Below are positions 29,668-39,112 of a stretch of 64,000 nt of DNA, piece after piece. How positions within the stretch are numbered: position 1 is the stretch's first letter; each line of letters begins with the position of its first letter. Both the position numbers and the translations under genes were made by a program. The notes beneath the pieces are model-generated. The model worked only from the letters and a program-made list of their open reading frames with translations, was not told where the DNA came from and ran no database searches. Source of the stretch: Methanocellales archaeon (lineage in GTDB: Archaea > Halobacteriota > UBA148 > JAUWXC01). The stretch is taken from positions 11,038 through 75,037 of the forward strand of contig JASEEY010000001.1 of NCBI GenBank assembly GCA_030018435.1, in the 5' to 3' direction.

Positions 29668-29791
29668 TAGCCCGGCACGGATTCGAACCGCGGTCACAAG
29701 GTATCTCCCCTTTCTTCCGTCAACGCTTTTGCGCGAAGCGGAAAAGGGTTGGTCCAGAGCCTTGTATGATTGACCACTACACCACCGGGCT
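29668..29791 (-). tRNA. tRNA-Gln(CUG) with 51-nt intron (29703-29753) at 37/38
   Basis: Reverse complement, 5' exon: AGCCCGGUGGUGUAGUGGUCAAUCAUACAAGGCUCUGG. 3' exon: ACCUUGUGACCGCGGUUCGAAUCCGUGCCGGGCU-A. Anticodon stem CAAGG/CCUUG. Confidence 0.75.
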
Positions 29792-29843
29792 GCTAAATAC
29801 GTTCTCCGTGATACGTATTTAAGCTAACGATGATGTTTCGCGC

Positions 29844-30653
29844 TTAGGTCTCATCTTTCTCGTCATGTGCCTTGACGTTTGGCTGTGAAGCGAAGACGTT
29901 CATATACAAACATTCCTCTAGAGATAGATTCATCTTCTCTGCTGGCTCTCTGGTCAACTTGACCGGCGCTCCTCTTATGAGAACCATCGGCGTCCGTTCA
30001 TCGGCTTCCCCCATGAGGAGTTGTGCCGCAGATGCTAAATCGTCGGCTATTGCCCTGAATGTCACCTGCAATTTCCTTCCGAACAGGTCTTTCCTGCCCC
30101 TGACGTCCTCAACTGGCTCTATGCCCGCTGTCGCCAGAGCAACGCCTATCACGCCTTTTTTAAGTGGAATGGTCCTGCTGTCAGCGATTATGACGCCTAT
30201 ATCTTTACCAGACCTTTTTTCAACGCCATTTCTGATCTGCTCTGCTGTCTCTTCTGGTCTTTCAGGCTGCAGCACCACATGACCGGGCGGAGCATTGGAT
30301 ACGTCCACGCCTGCATTGGCAGTAAACCAGCCGTTCTTCGTCGTCAGCAAAATCTTTTTCGTACCACCAAAAATCTCATCGGCTTCCTGCAGGATTATTT
30401 CAACGATGCGCGGATCCATCTCATGCTTAGTTGCCATTTTCCTCGCTTTATCGGAGGGGTTAACCTCATCCAGTTTTCGCAATCTTCCCTGTGCGGTAGC
30501 AACTGCTGACTCGGCAATGACGATAACGTCCCCATTCTCAAGATTCAATCGTTCTTTTTCCAGCACATCCGTTAATATCTCAATCAAATCGTCGCCTGGC
30601 CTAATCAAAGGCGTTTTGAGAGGATATAGAATCATGCGGCCCAAGACCTTCAC
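29844..30653 (-). CDS. cofE: coenzyme F420:L-glutamate ligase
   Basis: 269 aa with CofE-like sequence throughout (ADSRTIPLKKGVIGVALATAG, VLIRGAP). Confidence 0.8.
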   Translation of the reverse strand: MKVLGRMILYPLKTPLIRPGDDLIEILTDVLEKERLNLENGDVIVIAESAVATAQGRLRKLDEVNPSDKARKMATKHEMDPRIVEIILQEADEIFGGTKKILLTTKNGWFTANAGVDVSNAPPGHVVLQPERPEETAEQIRNGVEKRSGKDIGVIIADSRTIPLKKGVIGVALATAGIEPVEDVRGRKDLFGRKLQVTFRAIADDLASAAQLLMGEADERTPMVLIRGAPVKLTREPAEKMNLSLEECLYMNVFASQPNVKAHDEKDET

Positions 30654-30663
30654 CTATATCGAA

Positions 30664-31908
30664 TTACATCCGTTTTTCAACCCGAGAATAACGATAGTTC
30701 AGATCGTCCTCTTTTTCCATCAACTCTTCCAACAAATCGCCGATCTGGGGCAGATTGAGCGCTTGCATTCTCAGCTTGTGAATCAAACTCTGGATCTGCG
30801 CTACCGTGCCGATGATGAGTACATCCACTGGATTTTTTTCTCCCAATATCGCCTCCCTTGACGTGGCTGCATCTCCTCCTCTGGCCAGCATTTCTTGCTT
30901 GATGATCAAAGCCTCTGGCGCAGCGACGTTTTGGAGAAGTATTAGTTTCGAGACGGTTTTGTTTTTCATGATGTCCGCGCCTGTATCGGTCACGTTAATA
31001 GAGCGCATCAGTTCGATAGAATCCTCTGGCTTTTTCACGTAATCGATTATGATCGCCTGATAATTTTTCCTTTCTCCTGTGATTTGTCTGCCCCTAACGG
31101 CTTCTGCCATTCTGATTATGTCCTTGGTTTCCCTCACGTCATGCGTTCGTATGATGTGTGCGCCTTTGTACACGGCTATTGCTGTGCAGGCAAGGGTTCC
31201 GGCCAGCCTATCATATGGATTTTCTATACCGAGAACGTCACCGATGAAGGATTTGCGTGATATGGCAACTAAAACCGGTCTTTCAAGAGCTCTGAGCCTT
31301 TCAAGGTCGTTTATGATTGCCAGGTTAAACTCGTACGTCTTCTCTGACGTCCATCTACCAATGCCAGGATCGACGATGATTTTGTCTATTCCACTCTTTT
31401 CAGCCAATGTGATGCTGTCGATTAAAGACGTCTTAATTTCTTGAAAGGTGAGACAGTCGCCCGGTTTTTTCTTAGATGCCATTAACACAACCGGCACATC
31501 AAAATCGGATATGACGTTTACCATGTTGGGATCTGTTTTCAGCCCGCTGATGTCATTGATGATGTGTGTGCCCATGCGAAGCACTTTCTCTGCAATGTCG
31601 GCATACTGCGTATCAACTGAAACCGGCACATCGACTGCATCCAAAACGTTTCTTAAAGCAGGAAAAAGTCGTTTCTCTTCCTCCTCCACTGAGATGGGTT
31701 TCACACCTGGAGCGGTGGAGCGCGCGCCGACGTCAAGCATATCAGCGCCTCCTTCAACCATCTTTGTTGCTATCTCCGCAACCTGCTCTGCTCTAACAAT
31801 CGAACCCTTGTAAAACGATTCCTCGCTTAGATTGATCACGCCCATGATCCTGGATGGGCAGAAATCGCCTATTTTAATACTAGCAATCTCGGCATCGATG
31901 GGTAGCAT
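30664..31908 (-). CDS. dihydropteroate synthase-like pterin-binding protein with C-terminal extra domain
   Basis: RIMGVINLSEESFYKGS and GADMLDVGARSTAPG are DHPS pterin-binding motifs. 414 aa. Confidence 0.7.
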   Translation of the reverse strand: MLPIDAEIASIKIGDFCPSRIMGVINLSEESFYKGSIVRAEQVAEIATKMVEGGADMLDVGARSTAPGVKPISVEEEEKRLFPALRNVLDAVDVPVSVDTQYADIAEKVLRMGTHIINDISGLKTDPNMVNVISDFDVPVVLMASKKKPGDCLTFQEIKTSLIDSITLAEKSGIDKIIVDPGIGRWTSEKTYEFNLAIINDLERLRALERPVLVAISRKSFIGDVLGIENPYDRLAGTLACTAIAVYKGAHIIRTHDVRETKDIIRMAEAVRGRQITGERKNYQAIIIDYVKKPEDSIELMRSINVTDTGADIMKNKTVSKLILLQNVAAPEALIIKQEMLARGGDAATSREAILGEKNPVDVLIIGTVAQIQSLIHKLRMQALNLPQIGDLLEELMEKEDDLNYRYSRVEKRM

Positions 31909-31916
31909 GATATCGC

Positions 31917-32858
31917 CTAATGCCTGAAGTGTCTTACACCTGTAAAGATCATCGCCATATCATGTTCATCGGCTGCCTTGATCACTTCCTCATCTCTGAC
32001 AGAGCCACCTGGTTGAATGATGGCCGCGACTTTGGCTTTGGCGGCGACATCTATCGCATCCCTGAACGGAAAGAAGGCGTCTGAAGCCAGACAGCTTCCT
32101 TTTGACCGTTCTCCTGCCTTTCTCACCGCTATCCCTACGGCATCAATCCGGCTCATCTGTCCCGCGCCGATGCCAACCGTTTGCTCATCCTTGGCAAGGA
32201 TGATCGCATTGGATTTCACGTGCTTGACGACTTTCCAGGCGAAGAGCATGGCATCCATCTCTTCCTCGTCCGGCGCCCTCTTCGTAACGGTTTTCAAATC
32301 GCCAACATCTAGTACATCTCGATCTTGAACCAACAATCCGCCAACGATCTTTCTCATATCCTTTTCAGTTGTTCTGCTGAGAGCTCCTACCTCCAGCAGC
32401 CTTAGATTCTTTTTTTGTTTCAAAATTTCCAGCGGTGCATCAGCATAACCTGGGGCAATTACTGCTTCTTTGAAGGTCGATGTAATTTCTTTCGCCGTCT
32501 TGATATCACATTCTCTGTTCAGCGCAACGATGCCACCAAACGCAGAGAGTGGGTCGCATGCATGTGCTTTTTGATATGCCTCTAAAATCGTTTCACCGCA
32601 TGCAGCACCGCACGGATTGGTATGTTTGATGATCGCAGCCGCAGGTTTTTCAAATTCTTTCACGAACTCGAGAGCGGCATCTAGATCAACGATGTTGTTG
32701 AACGATAACTCCTTTCCGTGAAGTTGGGTTGCGTTAGTTACGCATGCCCCCTTGAATTCGGAGTCGCGATATAGGATGGCTTTCTGATGTGGATTTTCAC
32801 CATACCGTAGCGCTCTAACCTTTTCAAATGCTAGAGTTAAACGTTCCTTTTTAGGCAT
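31917..32858 (-). CDS. purH: AICAR transformylase (PurH AICARFT domain only)
   Basis: YGENPHQKA motif and AICARFT-like sequence. 313 aa with no IMP cyclohydrolase/MGS domain. Confidence 0.8.
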   Translation of the reverse strand: MPKKERLTLAFEKVRALRYGENPHQKAILYRDSEFKGACVTNATQLHGKELSFNNIVDLDAALEFVKEFEKPAAAIIKHTNPCGAACGETILEAYQKAHACDPLSAFGGIVALNRECDIKTAKEITSTFKEAVIAPGYADAPLEILKQKKNLRLLEVGALSRTTEKDMRKIVGGLLVQDRDVLDVGDLKTVTKRAPDEEEMDAMLFAWKVVKHVKSNAIILAKDEQTVGIGAGQMSRIDAVGIAVRKAGERSKGSCLASDAFFPFRDAIDVAAKAKVAAIIQPGGSVRDEEVIKAADEHDMAMIFTGVRHFRH

Positions 32859-34106
32859 TTACAAATCAACCCCAAGGTACCGATCCATGAGCTCCAGAGC
32901 ACAGTATTCTCCGCACATCGTGCATCCTTTGGCCTGAGGATGAATTTCTCGCGCCCTTTCTCCATCGAGAGCGAGCTCGAACTGTCCCTTCCAGTCGCGT
33001 CGTCGACGCATCTTGGCCAGTTCGAGATCCCTAGCAGATGGGCCATATTTCAATGAATCTCCTATGTGAGCGGCGATGCGAAAAGCGATCGTGCCCTCCC
33101 TAACCTGATCGAGATTCGGCAGGGCGAGGTGCTCAGATGGTGTGATATAGCATAGATAGTCAGCACCCGCTCCACTTGCGATACTGGCGCCGACACATGC
33201 GGCGATGTGATCGTAGCCCACTGCGACATCGATGGGCAGCGGTCCAGCAACAAAAAGCGGTCGGTTGTCGATGATCTTCTTGTGATACTTGACGTATTTT
33301 TCGATGTCGCCGATCCAGACATGACCACCCATACCCTCAATGATTGCCTGAACCCCCATCCTATTGGCACGGTCTGCAAGTTCTGCGTTCGCTCTTATCT
33401 CCAACGATTGTGGATCGTCTCTTATGTCGTGTATGCACCCGCTTCTCATCGCATTTCCCAATGAAAGCACCGTATCCCTAGCACGCAAAATCTCAAGTAT
33501 CTCATCGAAACGCTCCAAGAACGGATTCTCGCTCTCGTGCTCGATCATCCAGGCTGATGTGAGCGATCCTCCTTTGGAGACCATTCCCATGACGCGCTGC
33601 GCCTCTCTCAACATTGATAGCATCTTCAACGTGAGACCGGCATGTATGACCACCGAGTTCACTCCCTCTCTCACTTGTTTTCGAATGGTTTCGATGATGT
33701 CTTCCTGAGTTATGGGACGAAATGAGCCGTGCTCCGCAACGGTTTGATAGACCGGCACCGTCGTCAGCGGCACGGGAACTGCCTGTAAGACACTTCGCCT
33801 TATCCGAACAATATCACCGCCCATCGATAGATCTGATATGGTATCTGCGCCATATTTCACGGCGATAATCGCCTTTTGAACTTCCAACTCTGGGTCAACC
33901 GCCACCGAGGACGTGCCGATGTTTGCGTTGATCTTCGTCCTGAGCCCTCTGCCAATGCCGATGGGATGTTGATGACTCATGATGACAACTTCACCATTGG
34001 CTACACCCCGTCGTATGATGTGCGCATCGACTCCTTCTTCGAGCGCAACGTGCCTCATTTCCTTCGTAACTATGCCCTGAGCGGCGCTCTCAATTTGCGT
34101 TTTCAT
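32859..34106 (-). CDS. thiC: phosphomethylpyrimidine synthase ThiC
   Basis: 415 aa. C-terminal CTMCGEYCAL is the CX2CX4C motif. Start is 1 nt after the purH stop. Confidence 0.8.
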   Translation of the reverse strand: MKTQIESAAQGIVTKEMRHVALEEGVDAHIIRRGVANGEVVIMSHQHPIGIGRGLRTKINANIGTSSVAVDPELEVQKAIIAVKYGADTISDLSMGGDIVRIRRSVLQAVPVPLTTVPVYQTVAEHGSFRPITQEDIIETIRKQVREGVNSVVIHAGLTLKMLSMLREAQRVMGMVSKGGSLTSAWMIEHESENPFLERFDEILEILRARDTVLSLGNAMRSGCIHDIRDDPQSLEIRANAELADRANRMGVQAIIEGMGGHVWIGDIEKYVKYHKKIIDNRPLFVAGPLPIDVAVGYDHIAACVGASIASGAGADYLCYITPSEHLALPNLDQVREGTIAFRIAAHIGDSLKYGPSARDLELAKMRRRRDWKGQFELALDGERAREIHPQAKGCTMCGEYCALELMDRYLGVDL

Positions 34107-34210
34107 GTCACACTTTATAACTATGTGACATCTCTTAAAATTTGGTATTTCGCACGTGCCAGCGATTCCTGAGGCGATTAGAAGAGAAATATCGCTGAAT
34201 TTGTGATCAT

Positions 34211-35053
34211 TTACTTTAGCGCATTCTTGGCTGCGGTTACGGTATTTTTCATGAGCATAGCTACGGTCATGGGACCCACGCCCCCGGGTACGGGCGTTAT
34301 GGTCGATGCCTTTTCCTTCACGCGTTCAAAGTCAACATCGCCATATAGTTTGCCACCCACCCTGTTGATCCCAACATCGATGACTGCTACGCCGTCCTTC
34401 ACCATTTCTTCGGTTATAAATTTTGCACGTCCAATGGCGACGACCAATATGTCCGCCTGTCCGGTATACCGCTCTAAATCCTTCGTCTTTGAGTGGCAAA
34501 TCGTGACCGTTGCATCCCTGTTCAGGAGCATCGCCGCCACGGGCTTGCCAACGATGTTGCTTCGTCCGACAACAACGGCGTGCTTGCCCGCGATCTTGAT
34601 GCCGGTTTTCTCCAACAGCGTTATGATGCCCGACGGAGTGCAGGGTGGCGTGCTCTCGTCGCCGGCCAGTAACCTGCCCATGTTGGCAGGATGAAATCCG
34701 TCCACGTCTTTCTCTGGGGCAATGCTGCACAGTACCGAGGGTTCATTCAGGTGAGATGGGAGGGGGAGCTGCACCAAGATTCCGTGAATCTTCTCATCCT
34801 GGTTCAATTTTTGAATAAGGCGAATCACATTTTCCTCTTTAACGTCTCCCGGAAAAGTGTGCTCCTCGTAATGAATGCCGATCTTTTCACACGCCTTCTT
34901 CTTCATCGATACATATATTCTGGAGGCGGGATCATCACCGACCAAAATGGTTGCCAGTCCTGGAGTCAAATGATGTTTATCCTTTAACTGTTTGACCTCA
35001 TGAATTAGCTCTTCCTGAATGCCAGCAGCAATTTGAGTACCGTCGATGATCAT
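34211..35053 (-). CDS. folD: methylene-H4-folate dehydrogenase/methenyl cyclohydrolase FolD
   Basis: 280 aa. KDVDGFHP, VVVGRSNIVGKP, PVPGGVGPMT. Confidence 0.9.
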   Translation of the reverse strand: MIIDGTQIAAGIQEELIHEVKQLKDKHHLTPGLATILVGDDPASRIYVSMKKKACEKIGIHYEEHTFPGDVKEENVIRLIQKLNQDEKIHGILVQLPLPSHLNEPSVLCSIAPEKDVDGFHPANMGRLLAGDESTPPCTPSGIITLLEKTGIKIAGKHAVVVGRSNIVGKPVAAMLLNRDATVTICHSKTKDLERYTGQADILVVAIGRAKFITEEMVKDGVAVIDVGINRVGGKLYGDVDFERVKEKASTITPVPGGVGPMTVAMLMKNTVTAAKNALK

Positions 35054-35062
35054 GACAAATCC

Positions 35063-36292
35063 TCAGTACAGTGGGAACCTGTTGCACAGTTCTGCAACCT
35101 CTTTTTTAATCCTATCCCTCGTCGCATTATCGCCAATGTTGAGTAGAACGTCGCTGATCATTTCTGCTATCCTTCTCATCTCCTCCTCTTTCAGCCCTCT
35201 CGTGGTAACGGCAGGCGTGCCTATTCGTATGCCAGAGGTGATGAACGGGCTCCTGGGATCAAAAGGAATGGTATTCTTGTTGACAATGATGTCCACCTCG
35301 CCCAGCGCCTCCTCCGCCTCCTTGCCCGTAATTCCCTTATCAGTTAGGTCGACCAATAGCAGATGGTTATCAGTTCCACCTGAAACGAGAGTGAATCCAC
35401 TATCCATCAACGTCTCAGCCAGCACCTTGGCGTTCTTGACAACCTGTCTCTGATATTCTTTAAAATCCTTGGTCATCGCCTGCTTGAATGTCACTGCTTT
35501 GGCAGCAATGGCATGCATCAGCGGACCGCCTTGAACGCCCGGGAAGACGGTTTTATCAATGACCTTGGCGAACTCCTCCTTGCAGAGAATAAAGCCACCT
35601 CTTGCGCCGCGCAACGTTTTGTGCGTCGTGCTCGTGACGAAATGCGAATGCGGCACGGGATTTTGATGTAGTCCGGCAGCTATCAATCCAGCGATGTGAG
35701 CCATGTCTACCATCAAGTATGCGCCAACCTCATCGGCAATTTTCCTAAACTCAGCAAAGTCAATCTCCCTTGGGTATGCACTGGCACCCGCTATGATGAG
35801 TTTTGGCTTGTGCTCTTTCGCCAATTTTCTTACCTGATCGTGGTCGATTCTCTGTGTCTCCCTGTCCACACCATACGAAACGGCATTGTAGAATTTCCCT
35901 GAGAAGTTCACAGGGCTGCCGTGCGTCAAATGTCCACCATGGGAAAGTTCCATGCCCATAATGGTATCGCCCACGTCTAGCACGGCAAAATAGACGGCCA
36001 TGTTGGCTTGTGCCCCCGAATGTGGTTGAACGTTCGCATACTCGGCGCCAAAAAGTTTCTTCGCCCTTTCGATGGCTAAATTCTCTACCACGTCCATGTA
36101 TTCGCAGCCGCCATAATATCTCCTCGACGGATAGCCTTCAGCATATTTATTCGTCATGACAGAACCTTGCGCCTCCAGCACCGCCTCGATCGCAAAGTTC
36201 TCAGAAGCGATCAACTGCAACCCAGACCTTTCACGCGTCTTTTCGGCAGCAATGGCTTTCGCCACCTCTGGATCTACCTCATTTAATTTCAA
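35063..36292 (-). CDS. glyA: serine hydroxymethyltransferase
   Basis: 409 aa. [12 protein letters not shown] (PLP Lys region), and SHMT-like throughout. Confidence 0.95.
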   Translation of the reverse strand: MKLNEVDPEVAKAIAAEKTRERSGLQLIASENFAIEAVLEAQGSVMTNKYAEGYPSRRYYGGCEYMDVVENLAIERAKKLFGAEYANVQPHSGAQANMAVYFAVLDVGDTIMGMELSHGGHLTHGSPVNFSGKFYNAVSYGVDRETQRIDHDQVRKLAKEHKPKLIIAGASAYPREIDFAEFRKIADEVGAYLMVDMAHIAGLIAAGLHQNPVPHSHFVTSTTHKTLRGARGGFILCKEEFAKVIDKTVFPGVQGGPLMHAIAAKAVTFKQAMTKDFKEYQRQVVKNAKVLAETLMDSGFTLVSGGTDNHLLLVDLTDKGITGKEAEEALGEVDIIVNKNTIPFDPRSPFITSGIRIGTPAVTTRGLKEEEMRRIAEMISDVLLNIGDNATRDRIKKEVAELCNRFPLY

Positions 36293-37818
36293 ATCGTTTC
36301 ACCTTTGCTGTGCCGCTTTCCCCATTCCTCTAGAGGGATGCTGTATTTTCGCTCGATTATGTCTCTAAAAGTTGGACCTGAATTATACGCGCAGAATGGG
36401 ATTATCCTTCGCTCTGGGTCTGGCGTGGCATAATGAATCACGCATCTCTTCACCCTCTCAATATCGTAATTATATGCATCCTGGAAGTGCATCGCACCTA
36501 TGAACAGCGCATTCCAGTGAAACTCTCCCAGCGATTTATAGTCCTGTTCCTTCAGCACTCGCTTGAGAACCGATTTGAGGTGTAAATCTTTTGGTTGCTT
36601 GTCATCATGTATGCATCTATTCAACGCCTTCAAACCCTTCATTAGAGCCCTAGTCTTAGCAAACCACCCGGAAGTCTTTAAGATGTCTACCGTATCATCA
36701 ACTGATGAAAAGAATTTATCCACATCTACGAATCGATTGATGGGAATGATATTACCATTGCTTACAAACGCATATGTCGCCACACCACAATGAGGATGCG
36801 CGCTGAACTCGATCTGTGGTTCTTTCCTGTATGCCTCAACCAGTTTAGATAACGATACAACGGATGGAACTGGATAGAAATCGGTTTTCCTGATCGCTCC
36901 GTCCGTTTGCTTTTCTATCCTATCCGCAAGATCGGGGATCGTAAACCTCTGCCGTTTTATATCATCAGCAGACGCCGCACCCGTGAATGCAATGGGCTGA
37001 AAATTAACACCCCGTATCACGTCGATGTTCTCCGCCGCAAAATAGAGGGTATCCCCTATTTCATGATCGTTAACGCCGTTGATGATGGTTGGAACGAGAA
37101 CGACACCTTGCCTTGCCTTTCTACAATTTTCAATCGCCTTCTTTCTGATCTCCAACAAGGGTTCCGTCTTTTTAGATGTCCCATCAAAGTGCAGATAAAC
37201 CGTGCTCAGCCCGGCATCTCTCAACGTCTGGGCCAACTCTGGCTCCCTTCCAAGCATGATGCCATTGGTCGCCATCTGTACCTGCAAGAAGCCCATTTCC
37301 TTGGCCATCTTGATCATATCAGGAAGGTCATCTCTGAGCGTTGGTTCTCCGCCAGAGAACTGAACCGCTATGGCAGGCACCGGTTGTTCGTTTCTTAAGG
37401 CAGAGAGCATCTCTCTTATCTGCTCCAACGACGGCTCATACACATATCCTCGCACGTTAGCATTGGCGAAGCAAAAATCACAAGATAAATTACACCTGTT
37501 GGTCACGTCGATGTTTGCCAAACACGTCGAACTTACGTGAAGGTTGCAGAGACCACAATCATCCGGGCAAGAAGAGGCCGTAATCTGGGGATTCTGAACG
37601 CCACTGCCGTCATATGCGTAATTCTCAGCCCTGAGATACATATCAACGTCTGACCAGTAAATGCCCTCAAAATATCCGTGAGCAGGGCACTCCTTGGACA
37701 TCCAGACGGCACCATCTCTCTCAAAGATATCCGCTTCTATAACTTTTCGACACTCGGGACATAAGGAGCTCGTTTTTTTAGGCAGTCCGCGTGGGAGTTT
37801 ACTTTGATATAAAGTCAT
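36289..37818 (-). CDS. radical SAM protein (509 aa) with N-terminal Cys-rich zinc-ribbon-like region; candidate cofactor-modifying enzyme
   Basis: [12 protein letters not shown] radical SAM motif. N-terminal CPECRK...CPAHG. 4-nt overlap with glyA. Confidence 0.7.
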   Translation of the reverse strand: MTLYQSKLPRGLPKKTSSLCPECRKVIEADIFERDGAVWMSKECPAHGYFEGIYWSDVDMYLRAENYAYDGSGVQNPQITASSCPDDCGLCNLHVSSTCLANIDVTNRCNLSCDFCFANANVRGYVYEPSLEQIREMLSALRNEQPVPAIAVQFSGGEPTLRDDLPDMIKMAKEMGFLQVQMATNGIMLGREPELAQTLRDAGLSTVYLHFDGTSKKTEPLLEIRKKAIENCRKARQGVVLVPTIINGVNDHEIGDTLYFAAENIDVIRGVNFQPIAFTGAASADDIKRQRFTIPDLADRIEKQTDGAIRKTDFYPVPSVVSLSKLVEAYRKEPQIEFSAHPHCGVATYAFVSNGNIIPINRFVDVDKFFSSVDDTVDILKTSGWFAKTRALMKGLKALNRCIHDDKQPKDLHLKSVLKRVLKEQDYKSLGEFHWNALFIGAMHFQDAYNYDIERVKRCVIHYATPDPERRIIPFCAYNSGPTFRDIIERKYSIPLEEWGKRHSKGETI

Positions 37819-37891
37819 GTCATTCCTCTTGTTACATACCTTATTAGGAGATTAACATTTCCGAATAATTTAAAGCTCATAATGTCCATCA

Positions 37892-38449
37892 GTGCGTAGG
37901 CAAAAAACATTTTCGGTGTTGACGTTGCTCGAAATAATAACGACCGCGATCTGGCTGATGCTACCAGCATACGTTCCTAACACATGCGCCGCTCTGGTTG
38001 GAGGTGGCACTGCAATCGATTTTGGAAAAACGTTTAGAGATGGCAGACGTATTCTAGGAGATGGAAAGACCTATAGAGGATTTGTATTGGGGGTACTTAC
38101 TGGAGTTGTCGTCGGTATAGGGCAAAACCTTGTTGCTCCAGACATTGAATACCCTGTTTTCGCCACCTCTGCGTTGATTTTCCTGCCTTTGGGCGCGATG
38201 ATAGGAGATCTCGTAAAGAGCTTTTTAAAGAGGAGGGCTGGATTCGAGCAAGGTGCGCCGTTGCCGCTGATAGATCAATTGGATCTGGTTCTCGGCGCAT
38301 GGGCATTCACCTACGTCTTCTCTCACGAGTGGTTCGTTACCAATTTCACCTTGTGGGTGATGATTTTAGTAATAATTATCACTCCGGTTTTACACATAAT
38401 AGTTAACATCATTGGCTACAAATTGGGAAAGAAGGATGTACCATGGTAA
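37892..38449 (+). CDS. carS: CDP-archaeol synthase
   Basis: Multi-TM protein of about 180 aa with the conserved DGKTYRG motif and a basic C-terminal region of the CarS/DUF46 family. Confidence 0.7.
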   Translation: MRRQKTFSVLTLLEIITTAIWLMLPAYVPNTCAALVGGGTAIDFGKTFRDGRRILGDGKTYRGFVLGVLTGVVVGIGQNLVAPDIEYPVFATSALIFLPLGAMIGDLVKSFLKRRAGFEQGAPLPLIDQLDLVLGAWAFTYVFSHEWFVTNFTLWVMILVIIITPVLHIIVNIIGYKLGKKDVPW

Positions 38450-38613
38450 ATGGTGTTTCAGACCGTTGTGAAATATGCCATAAAAAGACGCAGACCAGAA
38501 TATGTATGCTGTGTGGCAAGAGCGTATGTGCATCCCATTTCTATCCCATGTTGAGCGCGTGCACGGATTGTGTGAGCGATGAGATGAGTAAAGGTGATGA
38601 AGATGAAACGTGA
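38443..38613 (+). CDS. 56-aa zinc-ribbon protein (4 Cys pairs), overlapping carS stop and pyrE start; below the ORF-track cutoff
   Basis: Own translation: MVNGVSDRCEICHKKTQTRICMLCGKSVCASHFYPMLSACTDCVSDEMSKGDEDET. CxxC x8 CxxC ... C..H ... CxxC. Confidence 0.5.
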   Translation: MVNGVSDRCEICHKKTQTRICMLCGKSVCASHFYPMLSACTDCVSDEMSKGDEDET

Positions 38614-39112
38614 ACTGATGAACGCGCTAAAAAAGGCTGTCAGGTTTGGCGATTTTACGCTGTCGTCCGGCAGGAAGAGCAATTACTACGTCGATAAATA
38701 CATCTTCGAGACCGATCCGGAGTGTTTGAGAATTCTAGGCGAGGAGATAGCAAAGATGATTCCACCCGGCACACAGAGGCTTGCTGGTATTGAGCTGGGG
38801 TCGGTCCCCCTGGCAGCGGTGGCCAGCATTCAGAGCGGGTTGCCCTATATTATAGTGAGAAAGGAGAAAAAGGGATACGGGACGCGCAAAAAGGTCGAGG
38901 GAGAGTTCGCTGCCGGAGATATGGTCGTCGTAATCGAGGATGTCGCAACCACTGGAGCTGAGGCGGTTAGAGCGGTCGAGACATTACGCGAGCTCGGAGC
39001 GATCATAGATACTGTCATCGTGGTCGTGGATAGAGAAGAGGGCGCGGAGGAGAATTTGAGAGAGATGGGCGTTTCATTCGTACCCATGGTAAAAGCAAAG
39101 GAGTTGTTGTGA
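38594..39112 (+). CDS. pyrE: orotate phosphoribosyltransferase
   Basis: 172 aa. PRPP-binding VVVIEDVATTGAE. Confidence 0.85.
   Translation: MMKMKRELMNALKKAVRFGDFTLSSGRKSNYYVDKYIFETDPECLRILGEEIAKMIPPGTQRLAGIELGSVPLAAVASIQSGLPYIIVRKEKKGYGTRKKVEGEFAAGDMVVVIEDVATTGAEAVRAVETLRELGAIIDTVIVVVDREEGAEENLREMGVSFVPMVKAKELL

Noticed and set aside
38458-38682. Minus-strand 74-aa ORF
   Set aside because: It is antisense to the carS 3' end, the small zinc-ribbon ORF and the pyrE start. It has no motifs.
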